In this document: positions 28,155-37,757 of the stretch, piece after piece
How positions within the stretch are numbered: position 1 is the stretch's first letter
Layout: each line of letters starts with the position of its first letter
Assembly (NCBI GenBank): GCA_963662285.2
Contig: CAXXMV010000001.1
Location: 288,001-352,000, forward strand
DNA length: 64,000 nt
Reading direction: 5' to 3'
Source: a bacterium
GTDB lineage: Bacteria; Hinthialibacterota; Hinthialibacteria; Hinthialibacterales; Hinthialibacteraceae
The notes under the pieces: model-generated
The model's input: only the letters and a program-made list of their open reading frames with translations
What the model was told of the DNA's origin: nothing
Databases searched by the model: none
Translations under genes and position numbers: made by a program

Positions 28155-30134
28155 ATGTTACAGCGCTCAAGATTTACAATACGTATTACGTTCATACCAG
28201 GCATATTCTGCTTGTTATTCTTTTCTAATTGCGCAACCCTCAATCATACAGAGCATGATGCAATCAAAAATATTCAATCTCTACGCAGCAGCGCATTGGA
28301 TGACATTTTTGTTCTACAAGATTATCGCGCAGGCAAGAACAGCTTCGTAGAAAGCCCTGAACGACACAAAGATTGCTGGACTGATAAGGAATACCGCTAT
28401 ACCTTGCTTGATCTAAAAGGCAGTGGATCAATTCGACATATCTGGTCTACCCGGAGAGATGGCGATCCATATTTTGATATGGAATTCTACGTAGATGGAG
28501 AAGACGTCCCCAGCATCCGTGGAACCGATATAAACCTCGAACGAGCAATGGCGCAGTACGCCCTTCCAGTTGCGCCAGCCAACTCCGTTCCATTAGGCAA
28601 CAGAGATTTTAATTTCTACCTGCCCATTCCATTCCAGAAGAGCATCCGGGTAGATGCGGTTCAGCGTCATGATTCGTTTGGATTATGGTTCTGTCAAATG
28701 GATTACCGGCTCAATGACGATTCGCTTAATGGAGCGCGTCTGTTCAGCGAAGGCCAAGGTGAAAACTTGACTCTCTCCTATATTGGTTTACCGCAGCAAA
28801 AACGGATGGCGCCTGCATCAACCCTAAAACGCGAAACAGAAGCCTTTGATACAGTTCCACTAAAACCTGGAGAACTGCTGCGCGTGGCGCGATTCTCCGG
28901 CCCCGGCATTGTGCGTGAATTGGAGATGAAGTGGCCTGAACAATCAAATCTACGTTTACTAGTAAGATATGAAGGCTGTGACGCCTATGCGGTTAACTCA
29001 CCGGTGGATCGCTTCTTCGGCCCATTCAAAGGCGTTGCATATTTTCAACATGCGCCTCAGCATTCCAGTTGCTACTTGCCCATGCCCTTCAAAAAGTCCT
29101 GCGAAATTCTGCTATTAAATGAAGGCCATCGAACAGCGCAAGTATCGGGCAAAGCCATTGCCGAGAAGGTATCATCCTTTTCAAAATCATGGGGCTATTT
29201 CCATGCGCTTCATCAGAAAACCGATAAAACCAACGGTCACCGATTGCATCAGGTTATGTATCTGCGGGGCTGGGGACATTGGCTAGGCATGACGCTCTAC
29301 AAAACCGGCCACGATCATGGCGGAGGCGATTTCGCAGTAATCGATGGAGAAGGCGACGACCCTGCGTTTCTGCATGGCGTTAACGGCGAAGACTATTTCA
29401 CTTTCGCCTGGTTCGGCAAAGGAGCGCATCATCCTTACGCCATTGCCGGTACCAATGATGAAGGCCGCTATCGCCATCATTATGAAAACGTATACCCATT
29501 CCACAAATCGCTGGCTATTGAATGGGGCGCCTTCCCAGACCTAAGCCCGGAAAGCGTCAGCGTCTGGTATCAGGATTCGCCGGAAGATACAACAATTGCT
29601 GATGGAGCGCGAGAGGAATCAAGTGAATGGGATGTGTTCGGCCCGGTTCCCATTCCTTTCGATAAAGATGGAGATGCTATCGACGATCCCTATGCGGTTC
29701 TTCCAACAGTAGAAGACCTGGATGATGGTCAACAGTTCGAGTGTAAACTGATCGAGGAAAAATTCACGGCGGGATGGATGAAAGAATGGTCAGTCGGCCC
29801 CATGTTGAATCTTACATATATTGGCAGACATAAAACCAGAATAGCGGGTGAAGTCGAACTGGGCGGCATGGGGCACGCCTTCATGGCGCGAAAGATGATT
29901 AATTCTGAAACTGAAGGGGAAAAGGCTTTCTTATTTGCGCATGACGACCCCATAGAACTATGGTTGAACGGCAACCGGATTTACGCGGGAGGTCAACATT
30001 TCAATGGATTTGAGAGCAACACGATATATCTACCACTGAAAAAAGGCGCCAATCAGGTAGTAGTTCGATTGACTAACTATTTCAATCGTAATTTCAACTG
30101 GACGGGATTTTTCTTACGCCCTAAAGAGCCTTGA
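28155..30134 (+). CDS. DUF2961 (GH172-like) lipoprotein with C-terminal beta-sandwich domain
   Basis: Lipobox-like FSNC; two DUF2961 halves (GSGSIRHIW, YLPIPFQKS; GPGIV, YLPMPFKKS, GEDYF); C-terminal HDDPIELWLNG...LKKGANQVVVRL. Confidence 0.75.
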   Translation: MLQRSRFTIRITFIPGIFCLLFFSNCATLNHTEHDAIKNIQSLRSSALDDIFVLQDYRAGKNSFVESPERHKDCWTDKEYRYTLLDLKGSGSIRHIWSTRRDGDPYFDMEFYVDGEDVPSIRGTDINLERAMAQYALPVAPANSVPLGNRDFNFYLPIPFQKSIRVDAVQRHDSFGLWFCQMDYRLNDDSLNGARLFSEGQGENLTLSYIGLPQQKRMAPASTLKRETEAFDTVPLKPGELLRVARFSGPGIVRELEMKWPEQSNLRLLVRYEGCDAYAVNSPVDRFFGPFKGVAYFQHAPQHSSCYLPMPFKKSCEILLLNEGHRTAQVSGKAIAEKVSSFSKSWGYFHALHQKTDKTNGHRLHQVMYLRGWGHWLGMTLYKTGHDHGGGDFAVIDGEGDDPAFLHGVNGEDYFTFAWFGKGAHHPYAIAGTNDEGRYRHHYENVYPFHKSLAIEWGAFPDLSPESVSVWYQDSPEDTTIADGAREESSEWDVFGPVPIPFDKDGDAIDDPYAVLPTVEDLDDGQQFECKLIEEKFTAGWMKEWSVGPMLNLTYIGRHKTRIAGEVELGGMGHAFMARKMINSETEGEKAFLFAHDDPIELWLNGNRIYAGGQHFNGFESNTIYLPLKKGANQVVVRLTNYFNRNFNWTGFFLRPKEP

Positions 30135-30324
30135 TAACCAGTATGGCGCTGAGCAGACACAACGGGGCGCCAATTATGATCAACGGCCCCAGCATACAAA
30201 GCGCAGCGCCGACGCCAAACATAACCAGCCCTAATAGCAGGGCGAGAGTCCGCCCCAGCAGTTCTATTATAAGCAGAACCAACTTAAACGGCAGCAACAG
30301 TAAATTACCTAGCGCAGAAATCAT
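30121..30324 (-). CDS. Small hydrophobic membrane protein
   Basis: 67 aa, almost entirely hydrophobic, with an AAGG RBS. Confidence 0.55.
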   Translation of the reverse strand: MISALGNLLLLPFKLVLLIIELLGRTLALLLGLVMFGVGAALCMLGPLIIIGAPLCLLSAILVIKAL

Positions 30325-30499
30325 GATTATTAATAATACCTTACAGATTTATTTTTAGTAGTATTATATTATACGGTTATCATAATATAAATATTTCGTT
30401 TTTTTAATAACCTTTTCTATTCCCAAAACATCTTTTCCGTATTTTTAAAAGGCCAATAAAAAAACGTTATTATACGATCCTTTTGATACAAGGGAAAAA

Positions 30500-31108
30500 A
30501 TGATATCAAAATCTGAAAAATATCGAATATTCTTGTCTCGCATTGCAGCTGCTATAAGTTTGTTCTTTTTATGCAGTACGCAGAGTTATTGGGAAACGCA
30601 TAATGAAACTCTTTCATTTTCCTTGTTCTTTATAGGATCGATTCTGGTCGCCATTGCTTCTTTGGGCAGGATGTGGTGCTCGCTTTATATCGCCGGTTAC
30701 AAAAATAACACGCTAGTCACCCAAGGTCCTTACTCCCTATGCCGCAATCCCTTGTATTTTTTCAGCATGATAGGAGTGATCGGCATTGGCTGCGCCACCG
30801 AAACTTTTACTTTCCCGATAGTTTTTATGATCTTCTTTGCAGTCTATTATCCCTTTGTTATTGCAAGTGAAGAAAAACGCCTTAAGCAACTTTTTGGAAT
30901 TGAGTTTGATGAATATGTCAAAAGGGCGCCTGCCTTTTTTCCAAAACTATCAATTTTTGATGAACCGGAAGATTACTGCGTGAAACCAGCTGTTTATCGA
31001 AAGCATATTTTCGATGCATTGTGGTTTATCTGGATAATTGGAATCCTTGAGGTACTGGAGGGACTGAAAGAAATTGGATTATTATCATCCTGGTGGTTGC
31101 TTTATTAA
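30500..31108 (+). CDS. Isoprenylcysteine carboxylmethyltransferase / phospholipid methyltransferase family protein
   Basis: LVTQGPYSLCRNPLY, EEKRL..LFG.EF.EY...P.FFP. Confidence 0.88.
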   Translation: MISKSEKYRIFLSRIAAAISLFFLCSTQSYWETHNETLSFSLFFIGSILVAIASLGRMWCSLYIAGYKNNTLVTQGPYSLCRNPLYFFSMIGVIGIGCATETFTFPIVFMIFFAVYYPFVIASEEKRLKQLFGIEFDEYVKRAPAFFPKLSIFDEPEDYCVKPAVYRKHIFDALWFIWIIGILEVLEGLKEIGLLSSWWLLY

Positions 31109-31113
31109 TTATG

Positions 31114-31142
31114 TTGACATCTCTATTGGGATAGTTTATAGT
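31114..31142 (+). promoter_or_regulatory. Sigma70-type promoter
   Basis: TTGACA-17 bp-TATAGT. Confidence 0.65.
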
Positions 31143-31187
31143 TCTCAATGATGTTTCCGCAAGCATCGTTCCAGAGAGGTATATTCA

Positions 31188-31328
31188 ATGAGCATCATAA
31201 TAGCAATTATAACCGCAGCCATTTTAGTTGTTGCTGTAGGCATACTGTTCGCCGTAAAGTCAGGTTTTAATCAAGTAATCACCGGGCTTCAATCGATTGA
31301 TGAGACTTTACACAATAAAAAGCCATGA
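31188..31328 (+). CDS. 46-aa single-TM small protein (not in ORF track)
   Basis: MSIIIAIITAAILVVAVGILFAVKSGFNQVITGLQSIDETLHNKKP, with a GAGAGG RBS and its own promoter. Confidence 0.7.
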   Translation: MSIIIAIITAAILVVAVGILFAVKSGFNQVITGLQSIDETLHNKKP

Positions 31329-31421
31329 GTGTAATTTCTACAGGGCGGTAATAACATCCGCATAGGGTGATTGGGTAGGCTAAAAGCACCTGCCTCGCCC
31401 ACTAAATTCCACTAAAACATA

Positions 31422-31667
31422 TCAGATATCCTGTATTTTATTCTGGTTGATTAGTGCATCGATTTTTCTATTCAATTCCTCGATTAATTCTGATTGCTTT
31501 TTGACCATCGATCCCAGTTTATCGATTTTGGCGTCGAGAATTTTCATCTCTTGTTCCACTTGTTTGCTTCCCGTATTGCCAAAAATCAAAACTATGATAA
31601 TTATGAGAATGATGGTTCCACATCCGAAGGTTGTATTTCTGTTAACTACATGAATCTCTTTTTCCAT
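31422..31667 (-). CDS. Small TM + coiled-coil protein
   Basis: GCGTIILIIIIVLIFG followed by heptad repeats; GAGG RBS. Confidence 0.7.
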   Translation of the reverse strand: MEKEIHVVNRNTTFGCGTIILIIIIVLIFGNTGSKQVEQEMKILDAKIDKLGSMVKKQSELIEELNRKIDALINQNKIQDI

Positions 31668-31745
31668 GATTTAACCTCAATTAAAGCGGCTGCACCGCCA
31701 GTGCGATGCAGCCGTATTAAATATCTATTAAGTTTATAACCAATC

Positions 31746-32927
31746 TTAATCAATCAGAGTAGCCTTGGGTGGATTAGCTAAATTCTGATAGCGTCGCTCG
31801 ATCTCTTCACGGGTGACATCGTCGCCATCCACGATCCACCACTGATAATGAACATGTAATGGTTTATCTTCAGTAAGTTTATAGGGGAAGAATTCGCCGA
31901 AACGTCCATAGAGGCGTTCGGAGAATTTGGCGCCTTCAGGATTCTTGGGATCAGTCAAATAAGCAACCGTATAGCGCTTGCCGCCTACGGTGTACTTAAC
32001 TGCATTCCAGGGTAAATCCTGATAATCTTCGTCATTAATCTGCTGATCTTCCGGCAGTTTGCTCCAGGCTTGTGGACGGAGAAAGCGGGTGGTTTCCTCA
32101 TGCTCGGCTACTTCTTGAGCAGGACGGAACTGAGCGCCGGCGTGCTGCCGGTCTCCACCAAGTTGTATATCACCGCGCACTGATTTTAAGGTTGAGCGAA
32201 AATCGATCAAAATCTGTCCCTGAGGTTGCCGAACGGCGCAAATCCAGCGCGTCTCTTCGATGAAGGGCTTCCCCTCTGTATCGTTCCAATCAATGCGAAC
32301 AACATGGCCGCCGACTAACTGTCCGTCGAAAGCCGCTACTATTTCTTTATGGATTGAATGCTCGCCATTATTGGCATGCCAGATATCAAACATCTGATCG
32401 CCGACCGATATTTTGTTATAACCAAAGAAGATGCCACGATGATGAGAATACTTGCCGCCAACGCCTTTGGTGATTAATTGAGTTCCACTGGGATCAAATA
32501 CATGGTGGAAGGGTTTCTTGGTGTTTTCTTTATCATTGGGATCAAAAGGCGTATGCATGTAGCGCAGCACAGGCTTGTCGCCCAAGAGGAGGTCTTGAGA
32601 ATTACCGTCGCTCTTGTTCCATTGAAAAGGCATAAGATTAGTCTCTTTGCCTAATTCAACAACATACTCTTTGATCTGGTGTGCGGGTAAGGGCTGCATG
32701 ACCCACCATACTCTAATCCCTCCATTTTGCATTGGTTGAACCTGGGCTGGAAAACGCACGCCATCCACTAGAACGCTGGCTATTTTAGCTTCAGCATTTA
32801 ACGTCACTGCTACCACCGCGCCCTCGCGGTCATAATCTCCTGATTCCACCTTAACCTTATAGGTCTCCGCATTACCCAACATAGCGATGCATAGAAAAAC
32901 CGTAATTAACAATAAATACTTTTTCAT
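31746..32927 (-). CDS. Secreted PmoA-like (DUF6807) family protein
   Basis: Signal peptide; KPVLRY, KPFHH, HHRGIFFG, EETR. Not a true methane monooxygenase subunit. Confidence 0.7.
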   Translation of the reverse strand: MKKYLLLITVFLCIAMLGNAETYKVKVESGDYDREGAVVAVTLNAEAKIASVLVDGVRFPAQVQPMQNGGIRVWWVMQPLPAHQIKEYVVELGKETNLMPFQWNKSDGNSQDLLLGDKPVLRYMHTPFDPNDKENTKKPFHHVFDPSGTQLITKGVGGKYSHHRGIFFGYNKISVGDQMFDIWHANNGEHSIHKEIVAAFDGQLVGGHVVRIDWNDTEGKPFIEETRWICAVRQPQGQILIDFRSTLKSVRGDIQLGGDRQHAGAQFRPAQEVAEHEETTRFLRPQAWSKLPEDQQINDEDYQDLPWNAVKYTVGGKRYTVAYLTDPKNPEGAKFSERLYGRFGEFFPYKLTEDKPLHVHYQWWIVDGDDVTREEIERRYQNLANPPKATLID

Positions 32928-33197
32928 AATACTCAGTCCCCACTTTCGTTAAAATAAAACTTTACCACCCCTTTGTTATAAACTTATGACCGCCATTTAT
33001 CTAGTGAAACGTTATAAATTGCCTGTAAACTATTACAGTGCATTAACCGCATTAATAATAAAAAAACAGAGATTTGACGCTAATCCATATCTTTTTTCAA
33101 GATTATTGTTTTACGCTGAATTTTTCGTGTGTTACTTTATGCTTTACAGACGTTTATATATAAGAGTTATTTCTACATCTTCGGGAGGATTTTTTCC

Positions 33198-35048
33198 ATG
33201 AATATTGGATTTGGATACAGAATCAGATTTATAGTTGGATACACCATTTTGCTGCTTCAAACAAGTTATCCTGCTATTGCTCAAAAACCTCTTTCGGGAA
33301 ACATGGAAGGTTCTCTTGCTTACCTGGATAAAGACAAGAATAGTATTGAACTTAAAGTTCCTCAAGACCAGACATTTGAATCTATAATCAAGAAGCGCTG
33401 GCCATCTGAATCCATCATCACAGAATCACCAACCGAAACGCCCATTGAGTCTCCAGATGTGATGCTTCCCTTGCAAGGCAACTGGAATTGGGATGGCAGC
33501 CAATTGCGCCAACTAAATACCACTTATAATTCAACATACATGATCTTTGAACCGGTAGTTAACTATGGCCATATCAAACTGAAAACTAGATTGATAGAAG
33601 GTGATGAGGGCGCAAGAATCATCTTTGGATACCAATCCAAGGACCAATTTTTTAATGAAATTAGAATCGGGTATAACAGCAACAAGGCCATCACCATAAC
33701 AAAAAATTATGTAAATGGTAATGAAAACCTGGAAGATGTTATTGTAATTAAGCAATTCAATATTAAAAAAGGCCAATGGTATAACATCCAAGTCAGTATT
33801 GACGGAACTCAAGGCGCCGTACGTTGTGATATCAATGGCAATACCATAATAGAATACAAAATAGCCGAACCGTTTGCAGGACGTTTTGGAGTGGGTACTA
33901 CATATTCTTCGGCGGATTTTTCTAATATTAGTATTTTCAAATCAAACCTGGCATCCCCTGCTACTGGTAAGGAAATCAGGAATAATCCGACCGCAACATT
34001 AATCCAGAACCAGCCGCCAAAACCCAAAAAAACTTTCTCATATATCAAACAACGCTTTGAAGATATCGGCTTTGATGCTCAATGGGATGAAAACACCAAC
34101 CGGGGTTTTCTGGTTAACGCCGTGACCTGGAATTCTTCTGCATCAAAATCTGGTCTTCGGAGCGATGATCTTATTGTTTCAATCAAAAATACCAAGTTTG
34201 GAAAAGAAGTAGAATCCACTGAAAATAAAGAATTTGCTCAAAAGGCAATTTATGGATTAGGTGATTTACCCTGGCAAATAACGATTGAACGGGCAGGCAA
34301 CGAAGAACCGATTGGACTGATTCTTCAGCCCCTTAATCAAATATCTCAATTTCAACCTACTAATATCAGGCAATCATTTAATACCATCCAAAACATGCCA
34401 CGGTCGTTAATGATAAATCAACCGGCTGCTCAGGCGGTAACTGCCAATAACCTTAAGGATGATAAATTATTAAATGATAAAAATTGGCCTGATACGCCGC
34501 TTGAGAAACATATCAAAGTTGATGAATCGTGTAATACTATAGCCTTTCGGGGAAATTGGGATATAAATGGCGCCACTATCCACCAAACGCAATTAGACGC
34601 TGCTCCAGCTACGCTTATTTTTGAACCGATTATTGAGCCAATCGGCGAAATCCGCTTAAAAGCCCGCGTCATCAAAGGAAATGAAGGCATTCGCATTATA
34701 TTTGCTTACGCAGCATCCAATCAGTATCTGGTCTGGAATATTGGCGGTTGGGAAAATAAGAAAATGTTGGTTGAGAAGTGGTTCGGTCTTGATCAGACCG
34801 ACCAACATGTTGATCTAACCGTATGGCAGGATTTAATCCTCGAACACAATAAATGGCATGATATCCGTCTGGTGATTGACGCCGGGAAAAGTATTGTTAA
34901 AGGATATCTGAATGGCAAAAGAGAATTGCTCATGACTACCAACGAGCCGCTTTCCGGCAGGATTGGACTGGGAACATGGAACACCGAAGTTGAATACAAA
35001 GACATACACATAATCGGCGGCAAGGATTTTGTGGATGCAGTCAAGTAG
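33198..35048 (+). CDS. Secreted protein with two ConA/LamG-like domains flanking a PDZ-like domain
   Basis: Duplicated GNW...KAR..G.EG.RIIF.Y...W..I...GR.G.GT...; central ASKSGLRSDDLIVSI. Confidence 0.6.
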   Translation: MNIGFGYRIRFIVGYTILLLQTSYPAIAQKPLSGNMEGSLAYLDKDKNSIELKVPQDQTFESIIKKRWPSESIITESPTETPIESPDVMLPLQGNWNWDGSQLRQLNTTYNSTYMIFEPVVNYGHIKLKTRLIEGDEGARIIFGYQSKDQFFNEIRIGYNSNKAITITKNYVNGNENLEDVIVIKQFNIKKGQWYNIQVSIDGTQGAVRCDINGNTIIEYKIAEPFAGRFGVGTTYSSADFSNISIFKSNLASPATGKEIRNNPTATLIQNQPPKPKKTFSYIKQRFEDIGFDAQWDENTNRGFLVNAVTWNSSASKSGLRSDDLIVSIKNTKFGKEVESTENKEFAQKAIYGLGDLPWQITIERAGNEEPIGLILQPLNQISQFQPTNIRQSFNTIQNMPRSLMINQPAAQAVTANNLKDDKLLNDKNWPDTPLEKHIKVDESCNTIAFRGNWDINGATIHQTQLDAAPATLIFEPIIEPIGEIRLKARVIKGNEGIRIIFAYAASNQYLVWNIGGWENKKMLVEKWFGLDQTDQHVDLTVWQDLILEHNKWHDIRLVIDAGKSIVKGYLNGKRELLMTTNEPLSGRIGLGTWNTEVEYKDIHIIGGKDFVDAVK

Positions 35049-35055
35049 TTAAATC

Positions 35056-35082
35056 GGGTGGACTAAAACGCTTAGCCCACCC
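35056..35082. repeat. REP-like palindrome / bidirectional terminator
   Basis: GGGTGGACTAA-AACGC-TTAGCCCACCC between convergent genes; shares its core with 37715-37748. Confidence 0.55.
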
Positions 35083-35107
35083 AAATAAGTTCTTCGAACA
35101 TCAAGCC

Positions 35108-35896
35108 TTATTTATTTGGTTGGTAACTTAAAGAAGCGTCGTAATGCAATCTAAGGATTCTAATATCTTTTATAAATTCACTACTTTTTTTACGCAAATC
35201 AATAGCTGCTTGTCCTAGGATTTCTTTTGTTTTCTCAGAATCTTTTCTATGGTCTGCTTCAGTTGCTGCAATGGAGGCAATCCAGAAACTGGGAAGATTG
35301 GCCCCGATTCTGGTTTCACCGAAAGTCACTGCCTGGGTTATCTTGTTTTCTTTCAGCAGGTCGCTATATCCTTTAAGAATGTCCATGAAACCTTGTCTTG
35401 CGCCAGGATAAAGATGGAATTCCCAAACTTCACAATAACAAGATTTGGCTGGATCCCATTGATATCCGCCATTTTCTGGTAAATGCCAAAGATCGGTTAG
35501 TAGAGGACCGATGGATTTGGTTCTGGATTCTACGCATTGATCAATCTTTTTCATGACGGAGATAAGTTTATCCCCTGCTTTTGCTTGCACTTTTTTGTAT
35601 TCTTCGGCGATTTTGTCTAACTCAGCCATAGAATCCAGTGATATGCAATACGAGAATTTATCCATTTCCTGGTATGCTTCCCAACCATAGGGAAATTCAC
35701 ATTCAGCCATGATATCTTTATATTCCTTCACTGCTTCGATATATTCAGGGATTTTTACTAACTTCACATCCACTTCTGTATAAAACTCAAACTTTGCCAA
35801 TGGCGCTTCTTCCGCCGCATTCGCAAATCCTCCCGCCTGGAAACAAACGGCGGCCAGTAACAACATGAGTAATACTTGTGATCTGGTTCTCATCAT
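35108..35896 (-). CDS. Secreted protein with two dimeric alpha/beta-barrel (NIPSNAP-like) halves
   Basis: Signal peptide; two repeats of the pattern E.(V/F).(VK/LY)P....(Y/F)...VK.Y. Confidence 0.5.
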   Translation of the reverse strand: MMRTRSQVLLMLLLAAVCFQAGGFANAAEEAPLAKFEFYTEVDVKLVKIPEYIEAVKEYKDIMAECEFPYGWEAYQEMDKFSYCISLDSMAELDKIAEEYKKVQAKAGDKLISVMKKIDQCVESRTKSIGPLLTDLWHLPENGGYQWDPAKSCYCEVWEFHLYPGARQGFMDILKGYSDLLKENKITQAVTFGETRIGANLPSFWIASIAATEADHRKDSEKTKEILGQAAIDLRKKSSEFIKDIRILRLHYDASLSYQPNK

Positions 35897-36082
35897 GTTC
35901 TCCTTTGCGGTGAATAAATTTTAAGTCATCACGATATCCAATCTTCTATAGATTGGACATTGGACATGGGCGATATTACGAATGGAAAATAACATAGTGT
36001 TGGTAAGAGTGAAGGGTGGGTTATGTTTTTGAAGCGTTTAACCAATACCTAAATGTATTATAAAGTGAGCAAAAACGTATTA

Positions 36083-36125
36083 ATACATAAGCCCGCCTTT
36101 TAAGAGATAGACGGGCTTATGTATT
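36083..36125 (-). terminator. Inverted repeat downstream of the M23 gene
   Basis: AATACATAAGCCCG...CGGGCTTATGTATT. Confidence 0.6.
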
Positions 36126-36157
36126 AATTCAACTAATCTCAAATTCATTAATAACCA

Positions 36158-37600
36158 TTACTTGTCTTCGACGATAACCTTAACTCTACCCGTCGATACG
36201 ATGCCTTTTTCTGAGGTTCTTTTAGCGGTGACAATATACGTGCCCGCTTTTTTGTAATGATGAGAGATTGTGGCGTAATCATTGAGCGAGCAGGTTTCGC
36301 CGCTGGCGCCATCTCCGAAATCCCAGGTCTCTTTTCCGCCCTTTGATCCGAAGGTGCGCACTTTGAAAAAAACCTCATCGTTTGGGTGTATGTTCCAGGT
36401 TGGATAATAGGATACGTGGGTTGAGGGGACTAAATAGCCCTTATTTTCAGTGGGAAAGACATGAACTACTGCGAAATCTATATCTTCCTGTCCACGATTA
36501 TCTTTGATGCGCAAAATTTCTGAATAGGCGCCGGGCTCATCATAGACTCGCTTCACCTTCACACCGCTGGCAGTTGATCCATCGTCAAATTGCCATTCAT
36601 ACGTGGTGATTTCTCCACCATCGCAGATAGAGTTGGAAGCATCGAGTTCAACCGCTTGTCCGGTTAAAGCAATTTTGTGAGGACGCGCAACCGCCAGCAA
36701 TACACCGGGGTGCTCTTGCAAGTAGGCTTCCACTACGAAGGCATACGCTTCGACGCTGCCTCCATCCTGATCCATGATGCCGAAATGGAGATGCGACCAC
36801 CCGCCCGACGCGCCTTCTTTGCCCAATTGACCGATCCAGTCGCCTTTTTTGACTTTACCACCCGGCTTTATATGGGGCAGGATGGCTGATAGATGAGAAT
36901 AGCGATAATGCCATCCCCGGCAATCACGTATATAAATCACATCATAACGCGGACTTATGATGGATTTAGATTTTTCTGTTATATCAGGGGAAAGTTCATT
37001 GCCAACCGACAAAATGTCTCCATCGGTTGCCGCCAGAATAGGAGTTAACAGATCATAGCCGCCGAAATCCAAACCGTAGTGATAGTAGATCCCTTTTTGA
37101 ATATTATTATCGCAGGCATTAACGTAGCATGGATCATTTGCCATCTGCGTATCGCTGGCGAACAAGCGCTGCCGGATGGGATATCCAAAGGTTCCAGGTT
37201 GCAACAGAGGCTGGTTTGCATTCCATAAACGCAAACGCACATCCGCCTTATCCGAAAGATTCCAGACATTATCTTTGGATGATTTATCTACATATCCTTT
37301 AGTCACGGCAATATCCATTTTTACATGGTTAACTATGCGGGGAAGATTATAGAGCGCTGAAGGTAAAACGGCCTTAACGCCATCCACCTCCACTGTAATT
37401 TTTGAATCCCGTACAGCATTGCGGATCGAATCCCTGGTCTCTTCAACATTGATTACCCGGATCGTTTTGCTGGTTCCATCTCCACAATCAAAAACATACG
37501 ATTCACCTACAGCCAAATCCACCGAAATTGGTTGAGACCACCCAGGTGATATGCTTGCAGCCATCAGACAAATAATAAAGATTCCCCATCGTTTCATCAT
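36158..37600 (-). CDS. M23 family metallopeptidase with two PKD domains
   Basis: HYGLD, YSHL, HLHF zinc motifs; WQFDDG and WDFGDG PKD motifs; signal peptide. Confidence 0.88.
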   Translation of the reverse strand: MMKRWGIFIICLMAASISPGWSQPISVDLAVGESYVFDCGDGTSKTIRVINVEETRDSIRNAVRDSKITVEVDGVKAVLPSALYNLPRIVNHVKMDIAVTKGYVDKSSKDNVWNLSDKADVRLRLWNANQPLLQPGTFGYPIRQRLFASDTQMANDPCYVNACDNNIQKGIYYHYGLDFGGYDLLTPILAATDGDILSVGNELSPDITEKSKSIISPRYDVIYIRDCRGWHYRYSHLSAILPHIKPGGKVKKGDWIGQLGKEGASGGWSHLHFGIMDQDGGSVEAYAFVVEAYLQEHPGVLLAVARPHKIALTGQAVELDASNSICDGGEITTYEWQFDDGSTASGVKVKRVYDEPGAYSEILRIKDNRGQEDIDFAVVHVFPTENKGYLVPSTHVSYYPTWNIHPNDEVFFKVRTFGSKGGKETWDFGDGASGETCSLNDYATISHHYKKAGTYIVTAKRTSEKGIVSTGRVKVIVEDK

Positions 37601-37714
37601 AACGCCCTCGCTATCTGCTTTGTAATGAAAATATGATTACTCTGTTTTAGATTAGCATAAAAATAAAAAGCCCACCGATTAAAATAACCGACGGGCTTTG
37701 TTTACATTATCAAA

Positions 37715-37748
37715 GTAGAGTGGACTAAGAGCAAAGCGCAGCCCACCA
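37715..37748 (+). repeat. GTAG-type REP-like element
   Basis: GTAG-AGTGGACT...AGCCCACC imperfect palindrome. Confidence 0.5.
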
Positions 37749-37757
37749 TTTATTCTA

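Noticed and set aside
31746-32927. Methane monooxygenase
   Set aside because: Soluble secreted PmoA-like/DUF6807 protein with no TM helices and no pmoB/pmoC.
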